From assembly GCA_965232465.1 (NCBI GenBank), contig OZ246977.1, positions 66,829 to 130,828 on the forward strand: a stretch of DNA of 64,000 nucleotides, in the 5' to 3' direction. Positions 29,290 to 38,465 of the stretch are shown piece after piece. A program made the position numbers and the translations under genes. The stretch is from Alphaproteobacteria bacterium. GTDB lineage: Bacteria > Pseudomonadota > Alphaproteobacteria > JAQWUY01. The number at the start of each line of letters is the position of its first letter. Position 1 is the first letter of the stretch. The notes under the pieces were generated by a model, which did not search any database, was not told the DNA's origin, and saw nothing but the letters and a program-made list of their open reading frames with translations.

Positions 29290-30168
29290 ATGCGTACTGT
29301 TAATTCAAAAAATATTACAGAAACTTTTATCAATTATTTTGGCGATGATACCGACCCCAGAATAAAGCAGCTTATGTCTAGTTTGGCACAGCACTTACAT
29401 CAATTTGTTATCGATACAAAATTAACCCATGACGAATGGCGATATGCCTTAAAATTATTACAATGGGCAGGGGATATAACCGATGAAGAGCGCAACGAAT
29501 TTGTATTGTTTTCCGATGTATTAGGTGTGTCTTCGTTGGTAGATATGATAAATTTTTCACCCAATGCCACCAGTTCTAGTGTTTTGGGCCCCTTTCATGT
29601 ATCCGGTGCCCCGCACCGTCCCTTAGGGGCGGATATGAAACAGCATTTCGAAGGGGAAGTCGTATTGGTCGAAGGGTATATCAAAGACACAGATGGTACC
29701 CCCATCGCTGGTGCACAAATCGATATTTGGCAAACCGCCCCAAATGGTATGTATTCCAGCCAAGATCCTGATCAAGAAATCGAAAGTTTCCATGGCATAT
29801 TCACGACTGATGAAAAGGGTTGGTATGGCTTTACCACTGTCCGCCCTGTGGAATATATGGTGCCAAGCGATGGACCAGTGGGGGTTTTACTGAATGCTAC
29901 AGGACGACATCCATGGCGTCCATCCCACCTGCATTACATCGTATCCGCCCCAGGATATAAAACACTGGTAACCGAAGTATTCCCCGACAACGACCCATAT
30001 TTGGACAATGATACTGTATTTGGCGTACGAGAAGACCTTATAATGACCTACATTTCCAAACCTGCAGCAAGTTTCCCAAAACAAGGATATGAATTGTCAG
30101 GAAAAGTAACAGAATCATATTCACATGTAGAGTTCGATTTGATTATTAGCAAGGTATGTAACCCTTAA
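29290..30168 (+). CDS. Intradiol ring-cleavage dioxygenase (hydroxyquinol/catechol 1,2-dioxygenase family)
   Basis: 292 aa with a helical N-terminal dioxygenase_N-like region. Iron-ligand regions are present (GPFH, IDIWQT.PNGMYS, RHPWRPSHLHY). Confidence 0.85.
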   Translation: MRTVNSKNITETFINYFGDDTDPRIKQLMSSLAQHLHQFVIDTKLTHDEWRYALKLLQWAGDITDEERNEFVLFSDVLGVSSLVDMINFSPNATSSSVLGPFHVSGAPHRPLGADMKQHFEGEVVLVEGYIKDTDGTPIAGAQIDIWQTAPNGMYSSQDPDQEIESFHGIFTTDEKGWYGFTTVRPVEYMVPSDGPVGVLLNATGRHPWRPSHLHYIVSAPGYKTLVTEVFPDNDPYLDNDTVFGVREDLIMTYISKPAASFPKQGYELSGKVTESYSHVEFDLIISKVCNP

Positions 30169-30470
30169 ACATACAATCGCCCAAAAAATAACATGATATG
30201 GAGTCTGCGTGCCAGTTTCATGGCAACATCCTTTAATACTTGATAGATGTCGATAGTATAATATAGTATAACATATTTCTTGCTTCGTGACTACACTATT
30301 TAAGTTAGATAGATAAAATATCATATTACCATAACTTTTTTGTTGTTGATTTTATGGGTTATATACTCTATGATTCATACTCTGTATCAATGTAATCATT
30401 TTAATTTTTTGGATAAATTTAGAAACTAAAAAATTTAATTAAGGAAAAATCTTATTGAGGGGCGAAAACT

Positions 30471-31874
30471 ATGACTATAGCAAACACAAGAAAACAAGAT
30501 ATTTGGCAAAAAGACAAAGATCATTTTATACATCCATGGAGCGAATTTCAATCTTTTAAAAAGGATGGTTCACTGGTTGTGGAGCGGGGCAGTGGGTCGT
30601 TTGTGGAAGATATCGATGGCAATAAATACTTGGATGGTATTGCCGGATTGTGGTGTGTAAACATCGGTTATGGCAGAACTGAACTTGCTGAAGCTGCTAA
30701 AAAGCAGATGGAAAAGTTATGCTATTATTCAATGTTTGGGCATCATACCACCGAACCTAGTGCATTTTTATCGGCAAAATTAGCAGAATTAGCACCAGAT
30801 AACCTGAATCATGTGCATTATTCGCTCAGCGGGTCTGTGTCCAATGACAGTGCCATTCGTATTATACACCATTATTTTCATCGTAAGGGACAACCAGAAA
30901 AAAAACATGTCATTGGGCGGGTGGATGGATATCACGGTTCCACATATTTGGCAATGTCACTCACAGGTATATTAGAAGACCATGACGAATGGACAGTTGA
31001 AGATAAATGGATTCACCATATTTCTAAGCCTTGTATGTACCGCCGTCCAGCGGGAACAGAGAATTTATCAGAAATCGAGTATACCGATTTTCTGGTCAAA
31101 GAATTTGAAAATAAAGTGATGGAAATTGGACCTGATAAAGTTGCCGCATTCATTGCCGAGCCCATTATGGGTGCCGGTGGGGTTATTGTTGCCCCAGAAG
31201 GATACCATAAAAAGATTTGGCAAGTGTGTCAAAAACACGATATTAAATATATTTCCGATGAAATCGTAACAGGTTTTGGACGGTTGGGGCATTTCTTTGC
31301 TACTGAAAAGGTATTTGGCGTAAAACCCGATGTTATCTCTTGTGCTAAGGGTTTAACATCTGGATATATCCCCATGGGGGCGACTTTGGTATCCGATGAA
31401 ATATACGAAGAAATCAGCAAGCCCCGTAATGGCAAAGTGTTTACACATGGCTTTACCTATTCTGGACACCCTGTATGTGCGGCGGTGGCATTAAAAAATA
31501 TTGAAATTATGGAAAATGAAGATATTTGTGGACATGTGCGGGAAGTGGGACCTTATTTAGAACAATCCCTCAAAGGGTTATCCGATCTGCCATTGATTGG
31601 GGATATAAGGGGATCGCACTTTATGGTGTGCTTGGAAAGCGTTGCCAACAAGGAAACGAAACAATTATTTGATGGATCGGTGAATGTGGGCGGTCGTGTG
31701 GCGAAACATGCACAGGAGGCTGGTGTACTTGTCCGTCCATTGGGACACAAAAACATCATATCCCCCCCCCTAGTGTTATCCATGGAAGAAGTCGATATCT
31801 TGGTAAAAACAGTCAGGGAAAGTATTGAAAAAGTACAGGATGACTTGGTCAAAGAAGGCATTTGGAACGGTTAA
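30471..31874 (+). CDS. Class-III (omega) aminotransferase, amine:pyruvate type (SpuC / beta-alanine-pyruvate-like)
   Basis: 467 aa with GLWCVNIGYGR, GSVSNDSAIR, FIAEPIMGAGGVI, ISDEIVTGFGRLG, the PLP-lysine context AKGLTSGY and THGFTYSGHP. Confidence 0.85.
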   Translation: MTIANTRKQDIWQKDKDHFIHPWSEFQSFKKDGSLVVERGSGSFVEDIDGNKYLDGIAGLWCVNIGYGRTELAEAAKKQMEKLCYYSMFGHHTTEPSAFLSAKLAELAPDNLNHVHYSLSGSVSNDSAIRIIHHYFHRKGQPEKKHVIGRVDGYHGSTYLAMSLTGILEDHDEWTVEDKWIHHISKPCMYRRPAGTENLSEIEYTDFLVKEFENKVMEIGPDKVAAFIAEPIMGAGGVIVAPEGYHKKIWQVCQKHDIKYISDEIVTGFGRLGHFFATEKVFGVKPDVISCAKGLTSGYIPMGATLVSDEIYEEISKPRNGKVFTHGFTYSGHPVCAAVALKNIEIMENEDICGHVREVGPYLEQSLKGLSDLPLIGDIRGSHFMVCLESVANKETKQLFDGSVNVGGRVAKHAQEAGVLVRPLGHKNIISPPLVLSMEEVDILVKTVRESIEKVQDDLVKEGIWNG

Positions 31875-31903
31875 TGTTATATATTATTTAAGGAGTTAAA
31901 ATT

Positions 31904-33400
31904 ATGAAAAAAGATAAAAAATATTGGCAAGACTTGGCGGCAGAAACAGCGTTTCCCACAAAAATGTTCATAGATGGGAAATGGCATAAATCCAGTAACA
32001 ATAAAACATTTGATAATAAAAATCCTGCCACAGGTAAAGTTATTGTCAAATTTGCTGATGCTAGCAACGAAGATGTTGACATGGCGGTTGCATCCGCCCG
32101 TAAATCTTTTGAAAGTGGTATATGGGCACATAAAACCCCATCTGAACGGAAGGCAATTATTATTAGGTTGGCGGATTTAATAATGGAAAATATGGATGAA
32201 CTGGCGGTGCTTGAATCTTCTGATATGGGGAAGACTATCAACGATTGCCTAAATATTGATATTCCAGGAACAGTGGCAATTTTAAAATGGAATGCAGAAG
32301 CCATTGACAAAATGTATGACGAAGTTGCCCCCGTTGGTGTCGGACAACAAGCGACAATTCGCCGTACCCCTATTGGTGTAGTGGCATCGGTTATTCCTTG
32401 GAATTTCCCGCTTGATATGGCGATTTGGAAATTGGCACCGGCAATTACCATGGGGAATTCTGTTATCATTAAACCCTCTGAATATTCCCCGTCTACTGCT
32501 TTAAAAATTGCTGAACTTGCTATTGCAGCTGGCGTACCAAAGGGTGTTTTAAATGTGGTGACGGGTAATGGGGCAACCGTTGGTAAGGCACTAGGCTTAC
32601 ATAATGATGTGGATTGTTTGGCATTTACAGGATCCACAGTTGTGGGTAAAAAATATCTTGAATATTCTGGTCAATCGAATATGAAGCCTGTATTTCTTGA
32701 ATGTGGTGGTAAAAGTGCAAATATTATTTTTGCCGATGCGGATTTGGAAACCGCAGCAGCCCAAGCCGCAATGACAATATATTGGAATCAAGGGCATGTG
32801 TGTTCCGCATTTTCTAGGATTTTAGTTGAAAAATCGGCAAAAGATACTTTTATCAAACACTTTGAACAAGCAGCTAAGGCATTTTATCCAAAACACCCCA
32901 TGGACGAAACCGCTGTAATAGGTGCAATTGCAACCGATAATCAATTCGCAAAAATCTGTTCTTATTTGGAAAGTGGTGCTAAGGAAGCAAAACTTGTATT
33001 TGGTGGGGAGTCTATTTCTGTCGACGGTGTACACCAATATGTTGTGCCAACCTTATTTGATTGTTCTGATAATCGCAATGCTAAGGTATTCAATGAAGAA
33101 ATATTTGGTCCTGTGGCGGCACTTGCAACATTTGAAACGGAACAAGAGGCTATGGAACTTGCCAATGACAGTATATATGGTTTAGCGGGGGGAATATGGA
33201 CAAATGACCTGAGTCGTGCCCATCGCTTATCGGAAAAAATGGTTGCTGGTACAGTTGCTGTTAATACAACCGATGTATTTGCATTGTCGCCGATGACACC
33301 GTTTGGTGGATTCAAACAATCTGGTTTTGGAAGGGATTTATCATTGCATGCGTTTGATAAATATTGTCAGTTAAAAACAGTTTGGTTTAAATATAATTAA
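31904..33400 (+). CDS. NAD(P)-dependent aldehyde dehydrogenase (PuuC/aminoaldehyde-DH-like)
   Basis: 498 aa with VIPWNFPL, FTGSTVVGKK, the catalytic LECGGKSANIIF and EEIFGPV. Confidence 0.88.
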   Translation: MKKDKKYWQDLAAETAFPTKMFIDGKWHKSSNNKTFDNKNPATGKVIVKFADASNEDVDMAVASARKSFESGIWAHKTPSERKAIIIRLADLIMENMDELAVLESSDMGKTINDCLNIDIPGTVAILKWNAEAIDKMYDEVAPVGVGQQATIRRTPIGVVASVIPWNFPLDMAIWKLAPAITMGNSVIIKPSEYSPSTALKIAELAIAAGVPKGVLNVVTGNGATVGKALGLHNDVDCLAFTGSTVVGKKYLEYSGQSNMKPVFLECGGKSANIIFADADLETAAAQAAMTIYWNQGHVCSAFSRILVEKSAKDTFIKHFEQAAKAFYPKHPMDETAVIGAIATDNQFAKICSYLESGAKEAKLVFGGESISVDGVHQYVVPTLFDCSDNRNAKVFNEEIFGPVAALATFETEQEAMELANDSIYGLAGGIWTNDLSRAHRLSEKMVAGTVAVNTTDVFALSPMTPFGGFKQSGFGRDLSLHAFDKYCQLKTVWFKYN

Positions 33401-33412
33401 GTAAAGGAAAAA

Positions 33413-33835
33413 ATGATGGTGCACACCAGAATTAGGAAATTTAACACAAAACAAACATATCCTGAGCAAAGTATCGATAATGATTTATGCCAAGCAGTAC
33501 GGGCGGGCAATATGGTATTTTTACGGGGACAAGTGGGACAGGATTTGGAAACACGGGAATGTGTATGTGTGGGTGATGCAGCGGGGCAAACCAAGCGGGC
33601 AATGCAGAATGTAAAAATGCTGTTGGAAGAAGCTGGTAGCAAAATGGAACATATCTGTAAAATAACCATATACATTACCGACCCCAGATACCGTGAAGCA
33701 GTGTACAATGAAATAGGCAAGCACCTCAAAGGTGTATTTCCCGCATCAACAGGCTTGGTCATAGACGCTTTGGCACGGCCCGAATGGGTTATGGAAATTG
33801 ATGTGGTCGCAGTTATCCCAGATGATGAACTGTAA
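33413..33835 (+). CDS. RidA/YjgF/RutC-family protein (reactive imine/enamine deaminase fold)
   Basis: 140 aa, ...GNMVFLRGQVG...QTKRAMQNVKMLLEEAGS...ICKITIYITD...ARPEWVMEIDVVAV. Confidence 0.8.
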   Translation: MMVHTRIRKFNTKQTYPEQSIDNDLCQAVRAGNMVFLRGQVGQDLETRECVCVGDAAGQTKRAMQNVKMLLEEAGSKMEHICKITIYITDPRYREAVYNEIGKHLKGVFPASTGLVIDALARPEWVMEIDVVAVIPDDEL

Positions 33836-33847
33836 TGGAGGTTTTTA

Positions 33848-34522
33848 ATGACTTTTTCGTTGACCGCCTTGGATGAAAAAACAGGGCAGTTGGGTATTAT
33901 TATTACCACATCCAGCATATGCGTTGGGGCAAGATGCCCTTGGGTACGATCGGGTGTAGGGGCGGTTGCCACCCAGAATGTAACATTGCCTTCCATCGGT
34001 AATGATGTTTTGGATAAAATAGAATCAGGTATGGATGCTAAATCTGCCCTAAACAGTGTTATGTCAGGACAACTGGACGCAGAATATCGTCAGGTATGTG
34101 TCATAGATGCCAAGGGGAATACAGCTGTATTTAGCGGTGAAAAAATATTGGGGATTTTTGCAGAATCTGCGGGTAAAAATTGTGTTGCTGGGGGCAATTT
34201 ATTATCTAATGACACCATACCTCAGGTTTTGGTTGACACTTTTCAAAATACAACTGGACATTTGGCAAACAGGTTAATTGAATCCTTGCAATCCGCCATA
34301 GATGCAGGGGGCGAAGTGGGGGATATACATTCTTGTGCATTGTTAATTGCGGATAAACACAAATGGCCACTGGTGGATTTACGGGTTGATTGGTCCGATA
34401 CTTGCCCATTGGCAGAATTGAAAAAACTTTGGGGCGATTATGAACCACAAATGCTTGATTATATAACCCGTGCACTGCACCCGTCAGAAGCCCCCAGTTA
34501 TGGTGTGCCCGGGGATAGGTAA
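33848..34522 (+). CDS. DUF1028-family protein (Ntn-hydrolase-like)
   Basis: 224 aa. The N-terminus MTFSLTALDEKTGQLGIIITTSS places Thr directly after the initiator Met, as in N-terminal-nucleophile hydrolases. The overall pattern matches my recollection of DUF1028. Confidence 0.6.
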   Translation: MTFSLTALDEKTGQLGIIITTSSICVGARCPWVRSGVGAVATQNVTLPSIGNDVLDKIESGMDAKSALNSVMSGQLDAEYRQVCVIDAKGNTAVFSGEKILGIFAESAGKNCVAGGNLLSNDTIPQVLVDTFQNTTGHLANRLIESLQSAIDAGGEVGDIHSCALLIADKHKWPLVDLRVDWSDTCPLAELKKLWGDYEPQMLDYITRALHPSEAPSYGVPGDR

Positions 34523-34538
34523 CATGCCATAAAATGCC

Positions 34539-36119
34539 ATGACGACATATACATATATCATTATTGGGGGGGGATCTTCTGGATGTGTTGTGGCAAATCG
34601 TTTATCTGCTAATCCTACTTATAAGGTTTTGTTATTGGAATCTGGACATAAAGATTCTGATTTTTGGATTCATATTCCCGGATCGTTTTATAAAGTGGTG
34701 GAAAAAGGCAGGGATGTAATAAATTATATTAGTACCCCCAGTGATAAAATCAATGGAAGACAACAGGTTGTTCCCCAAGGAAAAGTACTTGGCGGCGGCA
34801 GTTCAGTTAATTCCATGTGTTATATTCGGGGGAATAAAAACGATTATGATTTATGGGAAAAATTGGGTAACAAGGGGTGGTCGTATGCGGATGTGTTACC
34901 CGTATATAAGGACTTAGAAAACAATCAGCGATTTAGCAACACATATCATGGTACCGAAGGGGAATTGATGGTATCGGACCGCAGGTATACAAATGCCCTT
35001 AGTTCTGCATTTGTCAAGGCGGGACAAGAAGCAGGCATTGCATATAATGATGACTTTAATGGGGCGTGCCAAGACGGTGTAGGATTTTACCAAACCACCA
35101 CTGGTAAAGCCAAACGGTGCAGCTCAGCAACCGCCTTTTTAACACCCATTAAACATCGGAAAAACCTAACCATTCGCACCCAGTTTAAGGTGGCAAAAAT
35201 CAATTTTAATGGTGACAACAAAGCCTGTGGCGTGACCTTGGAAACAGGGGAATTTATCGCCTGTTCAGGGGAAGTGATTGTTTGTGCTGGTGCCATTGAA
35301 AGTCCCCGATTGTTACAATTATCGGGTATTGGTGACAAACACTTACTTGAAGAATACGGTATCGACTGCGTATCTGATTTAAAGGGGGTGGGCGAAAATT
35401 ACCAAGACCATTTGTTGGTAAATGTAACCGCAGAGATTAATAAACCTATTTCCTTTTATGGGGAAAATAAGGGCTTGAAAGCGGTACGAAACATGATACA
35501 ATACATACTGACAAAATCAGGCATTATGACCTCCACAGTATTAGAAACGGGTGGATTTATAAATGTGTCAAATGATCCATTTGGAGCCGATGCCCAATTT
35601 CATATTTTGCCATATTTGTTGGATGGGGTGAATAACAGTCAAAACACCAAAATGCACGGATTATCGGCAACTGTATGTTTTCTGCGACCTAAATCACGGG
35701 GCAGTGTAAAAATCCGATCCGCCGATCCAAAACAGCCTGCCATTTTTGATGCAGGGTCATTAAATGACGATGCGGATATTAAGGTGTTGGTGCAAGGGGT
35801 AAAAAAAGTGTTGGAAATATGTAATGCTCCATCATTGGCAAAACACACAAAACGGATTTTATCCCCCACGCAAATGGACGAAAAGTCGTTATATGATTTT
35901 GTGCGAAACCACGCTGAAACTGTGTATCACCCCGCAGGGACTTGTAAAATGGGAACAGCGGACGACCCGATGGCGGTAGTAGGTAATACTCTGCAAGTGT
36001 ATGGTGTACAAGGAGTGCGGGTGTGTGACACCTCGATTATGCCGACTATTACCAGTGGCAACACCAACGCTCCGGCGATGATGATTGGGGAAAAATGTAC
36101 CAGATTTATTTTAAATTAA
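34539..36119 (+). CDS. GMC-family FAD-dependent oxidoreductase (choline-dehydrogenase-like)
   Basis: 526 aa with YIIIGGGSSGCVVANRLS, GKVLGGGSSVNSMCYIRG and C-terminal HPAGTCKMG...VCDTSIMPTITSGNTNAP. Confidence 0.88.
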   Translation: MTTYTYIIIGGGSSGCVVANRLSANPTYKVLLLESGHKDSDFWIHIPGSFYKVVEKGRDVINYISTPSDKINGRQQVVPQGKVLGGGSSVNSMCYIRGNKNDYDLWEKLGNKGWSYADVLPVYKDLENNQRFSNTYHGTEGELMVSDRRYTNALSSAFVKAGQEAGIAYNDDFNGACQDGVGFYQTTTGKAKRCSSATAFLTPIKHRKNLTIRTQFKVAKINFNGDNKACGVTLETGEFIACSGEVIVCAGAIESPRLLQLSGIGDKHLLEEYGIDCVSDLKGVGENYQDHLLVNVTAEINKPISFYGENKGLKAVRNMIQYILTKSGIMTSTVLETGGFINVSNDPFGADAQFHILPYLLDGVNNSQNTKMHGLSATVCFLRPKSRGSVKIRSADPKQPAIFDAGSLNDDADIKVLVQGVKKVLEICNAPSLAKHTKRILSPTQMDEKSLYDFVRNHAETVYHPAGTCKMGTADDPMAVVGNTLQVYGVQGVRVCDTSIMPTITSGNTNAPAMMIGEKCTRFILN

Positions 36120-36169
36120 AGTATAGCCTAGGTATTTGTTTTTCTTAATACATATTAAAAGGAAATGAA

Positions 36170-37069
36170 GTGTTAAAATATACCCTTAAACAATTATCAT
36201 ATTTTTGCTTGGTGGCAAAGTATGGGTCTTTGGCAAAGGCGGCACGGGAATTAAATATTTCACAGCCATCCATTTCAAAAGCAATTGGGTTACTCGAACA
36301 ACAATTGGAAACACCGTTATTTATCCGCCATCATGCCCAAGGGGTATCACTTACGACATTTGGGCAAAAGTTCTATCAACGGGCAAGTGTCTTATTACAA
36401 CAAGCTAATGAATTTCAAGATTATTTTCAACATCGTGTACATAATATGCCATTACGGGTGGGGTGTTATGCGACCTTTGCCCCGCGCATTATTCCCAAAT
36501 TAGTGGGGGCATATAAACAAAAATATCCAGACAAAAAAATAACGATTGTCGAAGGCGAACAAGAAACCTTAATGACCTATTTATTAAAAGGGGATTTGGA
36601 TATTATTTTCGTATATAATTTTGATTTACCCGATTCTGTATATGCCCGTAAGATTTTGGATTTGCAACCAAAAGCCATCGTTGCCCAAAATCATCCGTTG
36701 GCAAAATATGATTCGGTTTCGCTCCGGGAATTATCTGCATATCCCTTTATTTTATTAAATATGAAGGTGTCAAAAAATTATTTTATCAACTTGTTTACAC
36801 AAAATAATTTGACCTTAGATGTGGCACACAGTGTATCGAGTATCGAAATGGTGCGGGGGTTGGTCGGGCATAATCAAGGTATTTCATTATTGTCAACGGA
36901 TATAGGTAACAATATGAATTATGATGGCAAACAGGTTGTATCCATACCCTTAAAAGAAACTGTGTCCCCATCGTCTATATATATTGTCAACGCTATCGGA
37001 CCATCGATGCATGAATCAGGACGGAATTTCATTGATTTTTGTTGTGCAAACGAAAATTTATTCAAGTAA
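36170..37069 (+). CDS. LysR-family transcriptional regulator (GTG start)
   Basis: 299 aa with an N-terminal HTH (LKQLSYFCLVAKYGSLAKAARELNISQPSISKAIGLLEQQL). Confidence 0.85.
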   Translation: MLKYTLKQLSYFCLVAKYGSLAKAARELNISQPSISKAIGLLEQQLETPLFIRHHAQGVSLTTFGQKFYQRASVLLQQANEFQDYFQHRVHNMPLRVGCYATFAPRIIPKLVGAYKQKYPDKKITIVEGEQETLMTYLLKGDLDIIFVYNFDLPDSVYARKILDLQPKAIVAQNHPLAKYDSVSLRELSAYPFILLNMKVSKNYFINLFTQNNLTLDVAHSVSSIEMVRGLVGHNQGISLLSTDIGNNMNYDGKQVVSIPLKETVSPSSIYIVNAIGPSMHESGRNFIDFCCANENLFK

Positions 37070-37193
37070 AGTAGCATATATAAAAGTTTATTTTTATCAA
37101 GTCTAAATATACTTTTTTTATTATATACTAAATTGTATGTTTATACATCAGACATATAAAAAAAACAGAAATTATAATAAAGGATATAAGAAA

Positions 37194-38465
37194 ATGATTT
37201 TTAATAATATGGAAACAGACACTTTGGTTATTGGGGCAGGTCAAGCAGGTATTGCCACCAGCGAACATTTGACGAAAGCAGGCATTGTCCATATTGTCGT
37301 TGAAAAAGGGCGTATAGCCGAAAAATGGCGTTCCGCCCGTTGGGATTCTTTGGTCGCCAATGGTCCCGCATGGCATGACCGTTTTCCGAACCTAAGATTT
37401 GAAAAATTTGGGGACGATGATTTTGTCCCCAAAGAAGACATTGCCGATTATTTTGTAAAGTACACAGAAAAGTTTGACATGCCCATTTACACGGGTGTTA
37501 CTGTGCAATCGGTACAAAAAAATGCCAGTAGGTCTGGTTTTGTAATTGATACAGATAATGGTGTCATTTTGGCAAATTATGTGGTGGTGGCAACGGGGGC
37601 ATTCCAAAATCCTAATATCCCACCGATTGCCCCACAGGATAACACTATATATCAAATCCATTCCTCAGCTTATCGTAACCCATCCCAATTACCTGAGGGG
37701 AATGTGTTGGTGGTGGGTGCAGGTTCTTCCGGTGTGCAAATTGCCGATGAATTACAGCAATCAGGCAGACAAGTATATTTATCTGTGGGGACACACGATC
37801 GTCCCCCCCGTTCCTATCGTGGGCGGGATTTTGTTTGGTGGTTGGGTGTATTGGGATTGTGGGACTTGGAAGCCACATCGCATATGGAACATGTAACCAT
37901 TGCCGTAACTGGGGCACATGGGGCACATGGTACTGTTGATTTTCGCAAACTTGCCCATAATGGCATGCACTTGGTGGGGGTAACCAAAGCATTCAAAAAT
38001 GGGGTGGTATCTTTTAATAACAACTTGGCGGATAATATTCGACAAGGGGATAAAAACTTGTTTGAATTATTGGATATGGCCGATGCTTATGTTGCCCGTA
38101 ATGGTTTGGATTTACCCGAACAACCGGAACTGCGAAAAGTTTTATCTGACCCAGAGTGTATGACAAACCCGACCTTGGAACTGAATGTACAACAGGCAAA
38201 TGTTACCAGTATTATTTGGGCAACAGGCTTTAAATCCGATTACAGTTGGCTTAAAGTCGATGCGTTTAATGAACAGGGTTATCCCGCCCACCAACGGGGC
38301 GTATCATCCGAACCCGGTGTATATTTTGTCGGTTTGCCATGGCAATCACGACGGGGGTCATCGTTTATTTGGGGCGTGTGGCACGATGCCAAACATATCA
38401 CCGATCATATCACCACCCGACTTACATATATGGCATATCATCACAAGGCTAGCCATAAAGCATAA
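37194..38465 (+). CDS. Class-B flavoprotein monooxygenase / NAD(P)-FAD oxidoreductase (FMO/CzcO-like)
   Basis: Start chosen at MIFNNMETDTLVIGAGQAGIATSEHL. It has two dinucleotide folds (GAGQAG and VVGAGSSGVQIA) and an ATG motif (IWATGF). Confidence 0.7.
   Translation: MIFNNMETDTLVIGAGQAGIATSEHLTKAGIVHIVVEKGRIAEKWRSARWDSLVANGPAWHDRFPNLRFEKFGDDDFVPKEDIADYFVKYTEKFDMPIYTGVTVQSVQKNASRSGFVIDTDNGVILANYVVVATGAFQNPNIPPIAPQDNTIYQIHSSAYRNPSQLPEGNVLVVGAGSSGVQIADELQQSGRQVYLSVGTHDRPPRSYRGRDFVWWLGVLGLWDLEATSHMEHVTIAVTGAHGAHGTVDFRKLAHNGMHLVGVTKAFKNGVVSFNNNLADNIRQGDKNLFELLDMADAYVARNGLDLPEQPELRKVLSDPECMTNPTLELNVQQANVTSIIWATGFKSDYSWLKVDAFNEQGYPAHQRGVSSEPGVYFVGLPWQSRRGSSFIWGVWHDAKHITDHITTRLTYMAYHHKASHKA

Noticed and set aside
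31888-32637. 249-aa antisense ORF inside the aldehyde dehydrogenase gene
   Set aside because: Other long shadow ORFs of the same kind are 3634-4278, 15379-16110, 25695-26216, 28684-29259, 33397-33996, 54578-55141, 59697-60311, 60404-60946 and 63072-63614. Each lies wholly antisense or out of frame to a gene with clear family motifs. They have odd compositions (Thr/Ser/Pro/Ile-rich) and no motifs of their own.
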